From: Propionibacteriaceae bacterium
GTDB taxonomy: Bacteria; Actinomycetota; Actinomycetes; Propionibacteriales; Propionibacteriaceae
Assembly (NCBI GenBank): GCA_031256725.1
Contig: JAIRQE010000014.1
Location: 1 to 32,000 of the forward strand
Length of the DNA stretch: 32,000 bases
Direction of reading: 5' to 3'
The number at the start of each line of letters is the position of its first letter. The first letter of the stretch is position 1. Under the pieces are notes generated by a model. It saw nothing but the letters and a program-made list of their open reading frames with translations, was not told the DNA's origin and did no database searches. Shown here piece after piece: positions 24,477 through 32,000 of this stretch. The translations under genes and the position numbers were made by a program.

Positions 24477-24716
24477 GGAGCCTCCTGTTGCTGATGCCAA
24501 GTTGGGGTGGACAGAAGAAAATTCTGCTCAAGAGCCTATCTCGCTTCATGGGGCGAAGGGAAGCCGTCTCAGGGGTGCATCTAGTCAGTCGCCACCCCCT
24601 GTAACCTCGTCTAAAGTCAACACCAATGAAGAGTGTCAACACCTAGGTAAGCCATCACAGGTGTGGGGGTGTGGCACAAGTTTGCGTACAGACGCTGATC
24701 TCAAAAAGGAGATGAA

Positions 24717-26123
24717 ATGGCCCTTTGGTCCTTGCATGGAAATGGATCACTGACTCCGGGTGGAGTCGTCAAACCCAATGAACGTCTGTCCTGGGACAAG
24801 ACAATTGGGATCGGTGCCCAACACGTTATTGCGATGTTTGGTGCCACCTTCCTCGTACCTCTGTTGACCGGGTTCCCACCTGCGACAACCCTATTCTTCT
24901 CGGCGATTGGTACAGTGACCTTCCTGCTGATCACTGGCAATCGCCTTCCCAGCTACCTGGGTTCATCCTTCGCCTTTATCGCCCCGATTGCTGCGGCCAC
25001 CTCCGGGCCTGATGGTTCCCTGGGTAAGGCCCTCTTCGGCGTTCTCGCAGCCGGTTTGCTCCTGGCTCTTGTGGGTCTCTTGGTACACTTCGTGGGTCCA
25101 GGATGGATCGAGAAACTCATGCCATCTGTGGTGGTGGGTACTATCGTGATGCTGATTGGCTTCAATCTTGCGCCCGCTGCATGGAACAACGTTGCTCAGG
25201 CCAGGCTCACTGCGTTGATCACCATCCTCGCTATCTTGTTAATAACGGTCTTCTTTAAAGGGTTGATCGGGCGACTATCTATCTTGTTGGGTGTCATCGT
25301 GGGTTATATTGCTGCCCTACTCCAAGGGCAGGTCGACTTCACAGCAGTGAAGGAAGCAGCATGGTTCGGGCTCCCACAGTTCCAAGCCCCTGAGGTGGAC
25401 TTCGCAATCCTGGGTCTCTTCCTTCCAGTGGTACTCGTGTTGGTTGCTGAGAATGTTGGTCACGTGAAGTCGGTTGCTCTGATGACGGACACCGATTTGA
25501 ATCCACTCATGGGTCGCGCCCTGTTCGCTGACGGTTTGGCGACCATGTTCGCTGGTGCCGGTGGCGGTTCGGGTACGACAACCTATGCCGAGAACATTGG
25601 TGTGATGGCTGCGACCAAGATCTATTCAACGGCTGTCTACTGGGTTGCTGCCGCCTTCGCTTTGGCTCTATCACTGATCCCGAAGTTCGGTGCACTGATC
25701 TTCACGATCCCTGCCGGTGTTCTTGGTGGGGCTGGTACTGTCCTCTATGGCATGATCGGAATGCTAGGTGCTCGCATCTGGGTCGAGAACAAGGTGAACT
25801 TCTCCTCCCCAGTGAACCTACTGACTGCGGCGGTCGCCCTGGTTGCTGGTATCGCCAACTTCTCCTTCGAGGTTGGTGGAGCAGCCTTCGAGGGTATCGC
25901 CATTGGTTCTATTGGTGCCATCGCTGTCTACCACCTTATGCGTGTTATCGCTAAGTGGAGGGGTACGGATCTGGTCGAGCCAGCATCCCCGACCTCCCAC
26001 TGCGGGAAGTACGCCCCTGATGAGTTTGCAGCATCGAAGTCGAAGGAAGCCAAACCCAAGACGGAAGCAAAGAAGACACAGACCAAGTCGGGTTCCAAGT
26101 CTTCCTCCAAGAAGAAGAGCTAA
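24717..26123 (+). CDS. NCS2-family nucleobase (uracil/xanthine) permease with a Lys/Ser-rich C-terminal tail
   Basis: AQHVIAMFGATFLVPLLTG and TTYAENIGVMAATKIYS motifs. AAGGAG RBS. The tail reads KSKEAKPKTEAKKTQTKSGSKSSSKKKS. Confidence 0.88.
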   Translation: MALWSLHGNGSLTPGGVVKPNERLSWDKTIGIGAQHVIAMFGATFLVPLLTGFPPATTLFFSAIGTVTFLLITGNRLPSYLGSSFAFIAPIAAATSGPDGSLGKALFGVLAAGLLLALVGLLVHFVGPGWIEKLMPSVVVGTIVMLIGFNLAPAAWNNVAQARLTALITILAILLITVFFKGLIGRLSILLGVIVGYIAALLQGQVDFTAVKEAAWFGLPQFQAPEVDFAILGLFLPVVLVLVAENVGHVKSVALMTDTDLNPLMGRALFADGLATMFAGAGGGSGTTTYAENIGVMAATKIYSTAVYWVAAAFALALSLIPKFGALIFTIPAGVLGGAGTVLYGMIGMLGARIWVENKVNFSSPVNLLTAAVALVAGIANFSFEVGGAAFEGIAIGSIGAIAVYHLMRVIAKWRGTDLVEPASPTSHCGKYAPDEFAASKSKEAKPKTEAKKTQTKSGSKSSSKKKS

Positions 26124-26149
26124 AACACCCTTGAGGTGACTAACCGCCA

Positions 26150-26176
26150 GCCGGACATCCACGAATGGGTGTCCGG
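26150..26176 (+). terminator. Stem-loop terminator candidate
   Basis: GCCGGACATCC ACGAA TGGGTGTCCGGC forms a stem of about 10 bp, 27 nt after the permease stop. T-rich runs follow within 25 nt. Confidence 0.5.
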
Positions 26177-26217
26177 CGCGGCGCGTTTGTCAGGTTTTGG
26201 AACTCAAATAGGTTAAC

Positions 26218-26928
26218 GTGGAATCCGTGGACGCCTCTGGACCTCTTCTTGCGGTACTTGTCGTGGCATGTCTGTTCTATCTCGTGCCCCGACAGTTGAA
26301 GTGGCGTATCCCCACACAGGAAGAGGTCGAACAGCAGACCCCTCTACATCTGTCGATGAAAACCGTACACTCGGGCACACCAAACACCCCCGAGAATGTG
26401 CAGGTTTCCACCATCCTTATGCGTCGCGCTGGTCGTCGACTTGCCCATCGTCTCGCTCGTAAAGCAGAGAAGAGACGCCGCGGGGTTTTCCTTGCATTGC
26501 TGCTGATTACCCTAGCCACAGTGCCTGTTGTCATCCTTGGATGGATGGGTTGGTGGGTGCCTGTGGGTGGATTGGGTGTCATTATTGCATGGGCGGTCTT
26601 CTCCCATATCGAGGCTAGGCGTACACAGAAACAGCTTGATGCAATCGTCGCAGAAACCGAATTGGGTGACGCCGAGAAGACCATCGCTGTACAGATCCAT
26701 ACAGTCCCTGAGGTCGGTCTTGGTAATGATGAGCCCGGTTCTGTAGTCGGCCCCAATGGTGATGTTCAACTGTCCTTGTGGGATCCGATCACGGTCGTAC
26801 CCGCCACCTATATTTCGACTCCAACGGCTGCGAGGACTGTGCGAACCATCGACCTGGGAGCACCCAAGACCAAGCTTCCAGTCACCGACGACCGTCGTAA
26901 TGAAGAAGGTCAGGCTATCGCCGTTTGA
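26218..26928 (+). CDS. Hypothetical membrane protein (236 aa)
   Basis: GTG start, with an alternative GTG at 26227. An N-terminal hydrophobic helix, a basic segment (RRAGRRLAHRLARKAEKRRRG), two TM helices, then a soluble tail. I recognise no motif. Confidence 0.6.
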   Translation: MESVDASGPLLAVLVVACLFYLVPRQLKWRIPTQEEVEQQTPLHLSMKTVHSGTPNTPENVQVSTILMRRAGRRLAHRLARKAEKRRRGVFLALLLITLATVPVVILGWMGWWVPVGGLGVIIAWAVFSHIEARRTQKQLDAIVAETELGDAEKTIAVQIHTVPEVGLGNDEPGSVVGPNGDVQLSLWDPITVVPATYISTPTAARTVRTIDLGAPKTKLPVTDDRRNEEGQAIAV

Positions 26929-26936
26929 GATCCGTT

Positions 26937-27710
26937 CTAGGGGTTTGCAGGTTTCTGGGAGTCATCACCATGCTCAGCCGGGTTTTCAGTCTCATTATTC
27001 TTGGTACGGCGATTGCGTACCCACCATCCGATGATCATTGATACAAGGATTCCGGCGACGACGTACCACATGAACTGGGCGTAGAGGTTGACGATCTCCA
27101 CGGCCGGTTCGCCGATCCACCATCCCAGTGCCAGGTACCCTGCCTGGAAGATGGCCGAGACCACGAGTACGGGGGGAAGGAACTTTTTCAGAGGAGTACC
27201 AGCCGCCCCAATGGCAGCATAAACGATGGGCATGGGGAAGGGGATCGGTAGAAAGGTGAGGAATATTGCGAGCAACCAATAACGGTTTGTGATGCGTACG
27301 GCCCGCTCAGCTCGTTTCTTGGCTCGCTCGGATTGACCAGCAAGAAGATCAATAATGTTCGTACCCCAGAGTTTCCCGGCCCACCAGTACACCCATGAAA
27401 ACTTGATCAGGGAAATGCTTGCGATAAGCCAGTACACGAGAATAGGCCCACCATGTACGAAGACCCATGCGCCTGTGGCGACCACTGAGGTACGACCTCC
27501 CGTGATCATCGCGGCAGCTGGGGGACTCCACCCAATCAGGATCGCCCTCAATGGAAGAAGTGCTAACCCATAGATTCCGACAACGGCGATCCACGTCCAG
27601 CAAGCCAGATCAGATCGTGTTGGTTTATGTTTCCATGGCAGGGAGGGATCATCCCACCACGGCTTCTCCTCGTCGGTAGCCTCAGTGTCTTTGATCTCGG
27701 TCATACTCAT
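26937..27710 (-). CDS. Integral membrane protein, possibly DedA/VTT (TVP38-like) superfamily
   Basis: Several TM helices. LPIPFPMPIVYAAIGAAGTPLKKFL resembles the VTT re-entrant loop. I chose ATG 27710 (MSMTEIK), because the 333-aa ORF-track version runs across the intergenic inverted repeat and overlaps the msiK start. Confidence 0.68.
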   Translation of the reverse strand: MSMTEIKDTEATDEEKPWWDDPSLPWKHKPTRSDLACWTWIAVVGIYGLALLPLRAILIGWSPPAAAMITGGRTSVVATGAWVFVHGGPILVYWLIASISLIKFSWVYWWAGKLWGTNIIDLLAGQSERAKKRAERAVRITNRYWLLAIFLTFLPIPFPMPIVYAAIGAAGTPLKKFLPPVLVVSAIFQAGYLALGWWIGEPAVEIVNLYAQFMWYVVAGILVSMIIGWWVRNRRTKNNETENPAEHGDDSQKPANP

Positions 27711-27740
27711 CCCGTCTTGATCATCACATTTTACCGTACT

Positions 27741-27804
27741 GTTAGTTGGGGTCGGTTCGTTTTTGAGATGAAAATGTATCAAAAACGAACCGGCCCCACC
27801 TAAC
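27741..27804. promoter_or_regulatory. 24 bp near-perfect inverted repeat with a 16 nt spacer in the divergent region upstream of msiK
   Basis: GTTAGTTGGGGTCGGTTCGTTTTT (27741-27764) pairs with AAAAACGAACCGGCCCCACCTAAC (27781-27804). 22 of 24 positions are complementary, and one mismatch is G-U only in the plus-strand RNA. Confidence 0.7.
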
Positions 27805-27917
27805 ACATAAATTGGGACTTGACGTATCGCAGAAACATGGAAAACTGTTAGGGAAGGGATTTCACCCTCCACTAAGGATCGTCGGGCACGTACCGCCCGT
27901 GGAAAGGTTATATCGCT

Positions 27918-29009
27918 ATGGCTACAGTCAAGTTCCAAGGCGCAACACGCATCTATCCCGGTTCAGATCATCCCGCTGTCGATAAACTCGATTTGGAAAT
28001 CGGCGACGGCGAATTCATGGTCTTGGTCGGACCTTCCGGATGCGGCAAGTCAACATCTCTACGTATGCTCGCAGGCCTCGAAGAGGTCAACGAAGGCAAC
28101 ATCTTTATCGGTGAACGCGACGTCACCGATCTTCCCCCCAAGGACCGCGACATCGCAATGGTCTTCCAAAACTATGCTCTGTACCCCCATATGACTGTCG
28201 CTGACAATATGGGCTTTGCACTCAAGATGCAAAACGTACCCAAGGCTGAACGTGAACAGCGTGTCATGGAGGCAGCCAAGCTGCTTGGTCTCGAAGAGTA
28301 TCTTTCTCGCAAGCCGAAGGCTCTTTCCGGTGGCCAGCGCCAGCGTGTTGCCATGGGTCGTGCCATCGTACGTCAGCCTCAGGTCTTCCTCATGGACGAG
28401 CCGTTGTCGAACCTTGATGCGAAATTGCGTGTGTCGACCCGTACCCAAATTGCGGCACTTCAAACCCGTTTGGGTGTCACAACGGTGTACGTGACCCACG
28501 ACCAGGTTGAGGCTATGACCATGGGTCATCGTGTTGCGGTTATGAAGGACGGCCTTCTTCAGCAGGTCGATTCCCCGTTGACTTTATACCACCAGCCCGC
28601 CAACCTCTTCGTTGCTGGCTTCATCGGTTCCCCGGCTATGAACCTTCTTACTGGAAGGATCGTTGAGGGTGGAGTCCAGATGGGTGATTACGTCGTACCG
28701 GTCTCCCGTGAGGTTCTTGAGAAGGCCAAGGGTGAGGAGACTCTGACCCTCGGTATTCGTCCTGAGACCTTCTCGGTGGCAGACAAGGGTATTGCTGTGG
28801 ATGTTTCCGTGGTTGAGGAACTGGGTTCCGATACCTACCTGTATGCAACCCAGTCCGGGTTGGCTGATGACGAGAAATTGAAGGCAGCCCAGATTGTTGC
28901 CCGTGTCGCTACCGGGTCGCCTGGACGTCAAGGTGGCGCAGTACGACTGGGCGTTGACCCCGAGAAGATTCACATCTTCTCCAACGAGTCGCAGTTGCGT
29001 CTATCGTAA
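27918..29009 (+). CDS. msiK: Carbohydrate ABC transporter ATP-binding protein, MsiK/UgpC/MalK type
   Basis: Walker A GPSGCGKST, Q-loop, signature LSGGQRQRVA, Walker B VFLMDEPLSNLD, and a MalK-type C-terminal regulatory domain. Confidence 0.92.
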   Translation: MATVKFQGATRIYPGSDHPAVDKLDLEIGDGEFMVLVGPSGCGKSTSLRMLAGLEEVNEGNIFIGERDVTDLPPKDRDIAMVFQNYALYPHMTVADNMGFALKMQNVPKAEREQRVMEAAKLLGLEEYLSRKPKALSGGQRQRVAMGRAIVRQPQVFLMDEPLSNLDAKLRVSTRTQIAALQTRLGVTTVYVTHDQVEAMTMGHRVAVMKDGLLQQVDSPLTLYHQPANLFVAGFIGSPAMNLLTGRIVEGGVQMGDYVVPVSREVLEKAKGEETLTLGIRPETFSVADKGIAVDVSVVEELGSDTYLYATQSGLADDEKLKAAQIVARVATGSPGRQGGAVRLGVDPEKIHIFSNESQLRLS

Positions 29010-29090
29010 AGGCGAAATTCTTGTCCCACATGTGCCCATTCCCAAATCGACACCGCAATCGAAGATGGCCGCTATATTGTGGAGGTACCT

Positions 29091-29121
29091 CCAGGGCGAC
29101 GATACCCTATCGTCGCCCTGG
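29091..29121 (+). terminator. Perfect 14 bp stem-loop after msiK
   Basis: CCAGGGCGACGATA CCC TATCGTCGCCCTGG lies 82 nt after the stop. There is no U-tail, which is common in Actinobacteria. Confidence 0.6.
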
Positions 29122-29186
29122 CTGACGGATATGAGAACAGTTGGTACGCAGGCTATACCGGCACATAGTTCAACTCTTTCACTTGT

Positions 29187-30434
29187 GTGGCATGGAAGAA
29201 TGGAAGGGTGCCCAAGTTCATCTCTGCAACGCCGGACTCGCGTTTACTGCCCTTTCCGTGGGATACCGCTCTAGAAGAGTGGCCTGCGGATCTGTTGGTT
29301 GCTCTTCCGAGGGGATTGTCACGTCACGTTGTTCGATTCATTCAGGTGGGGGATAGCGTCTATGCGGCCAAGGAAGTGATTGAGCATCTCGCTGACCATG
29401 AGTACCGCCTCCTCCAGGACCTGAAGAGGTTGGGCTGCCCTGCCGTGGAACCCATTGGAATCATTACTGGGCGTCGGGACAAGAATGGGGAAGATCTTGA
29501 CCCCATCCTGTTGACTCGCCACCTTGAGTTCTCACTGCCCTATCGATCCTTGTTCACCCCAGGGGTACGACAGGAGACAGTCTCAAGGTTGCTAGATGCC
29601 ATGGTTGTCCTCATTGCTCGCCTTCATCTCATTGGTTTCCAATGGGGGGATGTTTCCCTGTCCAATATCCTTTTCCGTCGTGATGCAAGCGCTTTTGCGG
29701 CCTACCTGGTTGATGCTGAGACCGGGAGAATGCATCCCCAACTCACCGATGGGCAACGCGAACAGGATCTCGACATCGCTCGTACCAATATCTTCGGGGA
29801 CTTCCTGGATCTCCAGGCGGCAGGAATGCTTCTGGATCCCTTCGATCCTTTACAGCTTATCGATAGTACGATCCGGCGCTATGAGGAACTGTGGAAGGAA
29901 CTCACAGGTGTTGAAGAGTTCGCAGGTACCCAACGTGAAAGAATTGAGGGGAGGGTACGACGGCTCAATGCGCTCGGATTCGATGTCGCAGAAATGGACA
30001 TCGAGACCGATAGTGGTGGGGCAACAATCAGGATCCAACCCAAGGTCGTGGACGCAGGACACCATCAGCGCCGCCTCATGAGGCTCACTGGTCTTGATAC
30101 CGAAGAGAATCAGGCTCGAAGGATTCTCAATGCACTCGACTCTTACCGCTTTCGCTCCGGTCAATCCCAGGTCGCGGAGGCTGTGGTCGCCCACAAGTGG
30201 CTCACAGAGGTTTTCGAGCCCGTCATGGCATCAGTACCACCCGAGCTGGGGGCCAAACGCGAACCTGCTCAGGTCTTCCATGAACTCCTCGACTACAGGT
30301 GGTATATGTCCCAGCGTGAAGACCGTGATGTACCCCTCCTGGAAGCTGTGAACGGCTATGTTGACGAGGTCTTGCAGGAGCTTCCCGATGAGGCTCTTGG
30401 TACCGAGAACTGGGATGAGTCCGAAGACAGGTAG
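29187..30434 (+). CDS. DUF4032 family protein (protein-kinase-like fold, uncharacterised)
   Basis: 415 aa. [14 protein letters not shown] is at the N-terminus, followed by YAAKEV..., [15 protein letters not shown] and AYLVDAETG (kinase catalytic-loop and DFG-like arrangement). The GTG start is uncertain. Confidence 0.78.
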   Translation: MAWKNGRVPKFISATPDSRLLPFPWDTALEEWPADLLVALPRGLSRHVVRFIQVGDSVYAAKEVIEHLADHEYRLLQDLKRLGCPAVEPIGIITGRRDKNGEDLDPILLTRHLEFSLPYRSLFTPGVRQETVSRLLDAMVVLIARLHLIGFQWGDVSLSNILFRRDASAFAAYLVDAETGRMHPQLTDGQREQDLDIARTNIFGDFLDLQAAGMLLDPFDPLQLIDSTIRRYEELWKELTGVEEFAGTQRERIEGRVRRLNALGFDVAEMDIETDSGGATIRIQPKVVDAGHHQRRLMRLTGLDTEENQARRILNALDSYRFRSGQSQVAEAVVAHKWLTEVFEPVMASVPPELGAKREPAQVFHELLDYRWYMSQREDRDVPLLEAVNGYVDEVLQELPDEALGTENWDESEDR

Positions 30435-30444
30435 GATTGCTTTC

Positions 30445-31839
30445 ATGACTCTCTCTTTGTATGACACTGCCCGTCGGGCCCAGATCCCCTTTGTGCCCTT
30501 GATTCCCGGAGAGGTCTCAATGTACTGTTGCGGACTCACAGTTCAGTCTGCACCCCATCTCGGTCACGTCCGCAAGGAACTCGTTTTCGATGTACTGCGC
30601 CGGTGGCTGACCGCCTCAGGCTACAAGGTCACCCAGGTCACCAATGTCACCGATATCGATGATAAGATCCTCGCAAAGTCAGCCGAAGCGGGGGTTGAAT
30701 GGTTCGCCCATGCCTACACCTATGAACTGGAACTCCATCGCGCCTATGTTGCCTTGGGGATGCTGCCTCCCACCTATGAGCCCCGTGCCACGGGCCATAT
30801 CCCTGAGATGATCGAACTGGTTCAGGAGATCATTGACAAGGGTCACGCCTACCCTGCCACGGATGGTTCCGGGGATGTCTACTTCGATGTACGTTCCTGG
30901 CCAGAATATGGCGCACTGTCAGGCCAGAAGCTCGACGAGATGGAACCCGCCCAGGACGCTGACCCGCGAGGCAAGCGTGATCCCAGGGATTTCGCCCTCT
31001 GGAAGGGGGCTAAAGGAGGTGAGCCACTTACAGCATCCTGGAACTCGCCCTGGGGGAGGGGACGCCCCGGTTGGCACCTGGAATGCTCTGCCATGGCCGG
31101 GAAGTATCTCGGTGACTCTTTCGACATCCATGGTGGTGGAATTGACCTGAAGTTCCCCCACCACGAGAACGAGATGGCCCAATCCAGGGCTGCTGGACGA
31201 GGCTTCGCCCAGTACTGGCTCCACAATGCCTGGGTCACTGCTGCTGGTGAGAAGATGAGCAAATCACTCGGCAACGGTCTCATCGTCACCGAGGTCACCA
31301 AGCGTTGGCCGGCCAGGGCTGTACGTCTTTACTTAGTCGGTCCCCACTATCGCTCCATGATTGAGTACTCGGAAGCCTCCCTTGAGGAAGCCGTGACCGC
31401 CCTAGCTCGAATCGATTCCTTCGTCAATCGAGCCCTGGAGGTAGTCTCAGAGACTCCCACGACTGTGCCTGACCGTTTCGCTATCGCCATGGATGACGAC
31501 CTGGGTACCCCTGCCGCGCTCGCTGTACTCCACGAAACAGTACGCGAAGGCAACCGAGCCCTAGAATCCGCCGACAACACTGGAGCCGCCCAAGCCCTCT
31601 CTCAGGTACAAGCAATGCTCGATGTCCTAGGCCTAAGAGCCGACGATCCCATCTGGGGCAACCAGGCCAGTTCCGACCTTGAGCCCGTAGTAGACGGCCT
31701 GGTGAGCGCCCTCTTGGAACAACGTACTGCCGCTCGTGAGCGCAAGGATTACGCCGCCTCCGACGCTATCCGTGACCACCTAGCCAACCTTGGTCTCACC
31801 ATCGAGGACACCCCCTCCGGCCCCAGATGGACACGATAA
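30445..31839 (+). CDS. cysS: Cysteine--tRNA ligase
   Basis: [16 protein letters not shown] (HIGH), KMSKS, and WHLECSAM zinc-site region. The 464 aa length fits CysS rather than MshC. ATG 30445 is preferred to ORF-track start 30358, which overlaps the previous gene. Confidence 0.93.
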   Translation: MTLSLYDTARRAQIPFVPLIPGEVSMYCCGLTVQSAPHLGHVRKELVFDVLRRWLTASGYKVTQVTNVTDIDDKILAKSAEAGVEWFAHAYTYELELHRAYVALGMLPPTYEPRATGHIPEMIELVQEIIDKGHAYPATDGSGDVYFDVRSWPEYGALSGQKLDEMEPAQDADPRGKRDPRDFALWKGAKGGEPLTASWNSPWGRGRPGWHLECSAMAGKYLGDSFDIHGGGIDLKFPHHENEMAQSRAAGRGFAQYWLHNAWVTAAGEKMSKSLGNGLIVTEVTKRWPARAVRLYLVGPHYRSMIEYSEASLEEAVTALARIDSFVNRALEVVSETPTTVPDRFAIAMDDDLGTPAALAVLHETVREGNRALESADNTGAAQALSQVQAMLDVLGLRADDPIWGNQASSDLEPVVDGLVSALLEQRTAARERKDYAASDAIRDHLANLGLTIEDTPSGPRWTR

Positions 31840-31886
31840 CTAGTTTCCCCAAGGAGTTCTAGCCTCATAATTACGAATACATGACG

Positions 31887-32000
31887 TTATTCGTCGGTGT
31901 AGTCGATGGTACCTTCGCGGGAGAGTTCATAGAGGGCAATGGCCGTGGCTACTGAAGCGTTCAAGGATTCCACACTCCCCTCAATGGGGATACGTACTAG
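31887..32000 (-). CDS. rlmB: C-terminal fragment of a SpoU/TrmH-family rRNA 2'-O-methyltransferase (RlmB-like); 5' end outside window
   Basis: The reverse-strand translation is ...VRIPIEGSVESLNASVATAIALYELSREGTIDYTDE followed by a stop (TAA, complement of 31887-31889). IP..G..ESLN.S.A..I.LYE is SpoU motif 3. Confidence 0.8.
   Translation of the reverse strand, partial: LVRIPIEGSVESLNASVATAIALYELSREGTIDYTDE

Noticed and set aside
24477-24716. Possible PyrR attenuator or purine riboswitch upstream of the nucleobase permease
   Set aside because: I found no PyrR binding-loop consensus and no purine-aptamer three-way junction sequence by eye. Only a short direct repeat is present, reported separately at low interest.
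27711-27938. N-terminal 76-codon extension of the 26937-27938 minus-strand ORF
   Set aside because: The extension would cross the 24 bp inverted repeat and overlap the msiK start by 21 nt. The hydrophilic MSMTEIK start at 27710 gives a sensible membrane protein.
28894-29274. 126-aa plus-strand ORF spanning the msiK 3' end and the following intergenic region
   Set aside because: It overlaps msiK out of frame and runs through the 14 bp terminator hairpin. It has no motif.
1-32000. Prophage, IS element, integron, defence island, tRNA or rRNA genes
   Set aside because: I found no transposase, integrase, recombinase, nuclease/helicase defence-type proteins or cloverleaf-like sequences. The only mobile-looking sequences are the short non-coding palindromic repeats.

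Overview
This 32 kb window looks like chromosomal DNA from a moderately GC-rich monoderm actinobacterium. The gene set fits Actinomycetales: DUF3043, DUF4032, an MsiK-type ATPase, cysS convergent with rlmB, and apparent leaderless genes. This taxon call is inference only. About 35 protein genes are supported. I found no rRNA, tRNA, CRISPR array, transposase, integrase or phage genes. Most genes are housekeeping: galK, a GDPD phosphodiesterase, gcvT, erpA, a HAD-IIA phosphatase, ilvD, tatD, rsmA, an MFS transporter, an LMW-PTP, ornithine carbamoyltransferase, a PatB/MalY lyase, an NCS2 permease, msiK, cysS and rlmB.

The stand-out block is 4359-12102. A Cys-rich SufR/ArsR-like regulator is transcribed divergently from a tightly coupled eight-gene operon. 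That operon joins nrfH-nrfA (cytochrome c nitrite reductase, all five haem motifs CXXCH) to a full System II cytochrome c maturation set: ccdA, resB, ccsA and a ResA-like thioredoxin. It also carries two unexplained accessory genes. One is an NrfG/CcmI-like TPR protein. The other is a small membrane protein with an acidic then lysine-rich tail.

The second notable signal is a dispersed family of ~105 bp palindromic repeats with terminal arms GGGTGGGGTACATCT / AGATGTACCCCACCC and a conserved inner hairpin. It occurs at four or more intergenic sites. The extra closing base pairs differ between copies but stay complementary within each copy.

A near-perfect 24 bp inverted repeat lies in the divergent region upstream of msiK. 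Other smaller oddities are listed in the findings. All functional calls rest on motifs read by eye from the translations. No database search was possible.
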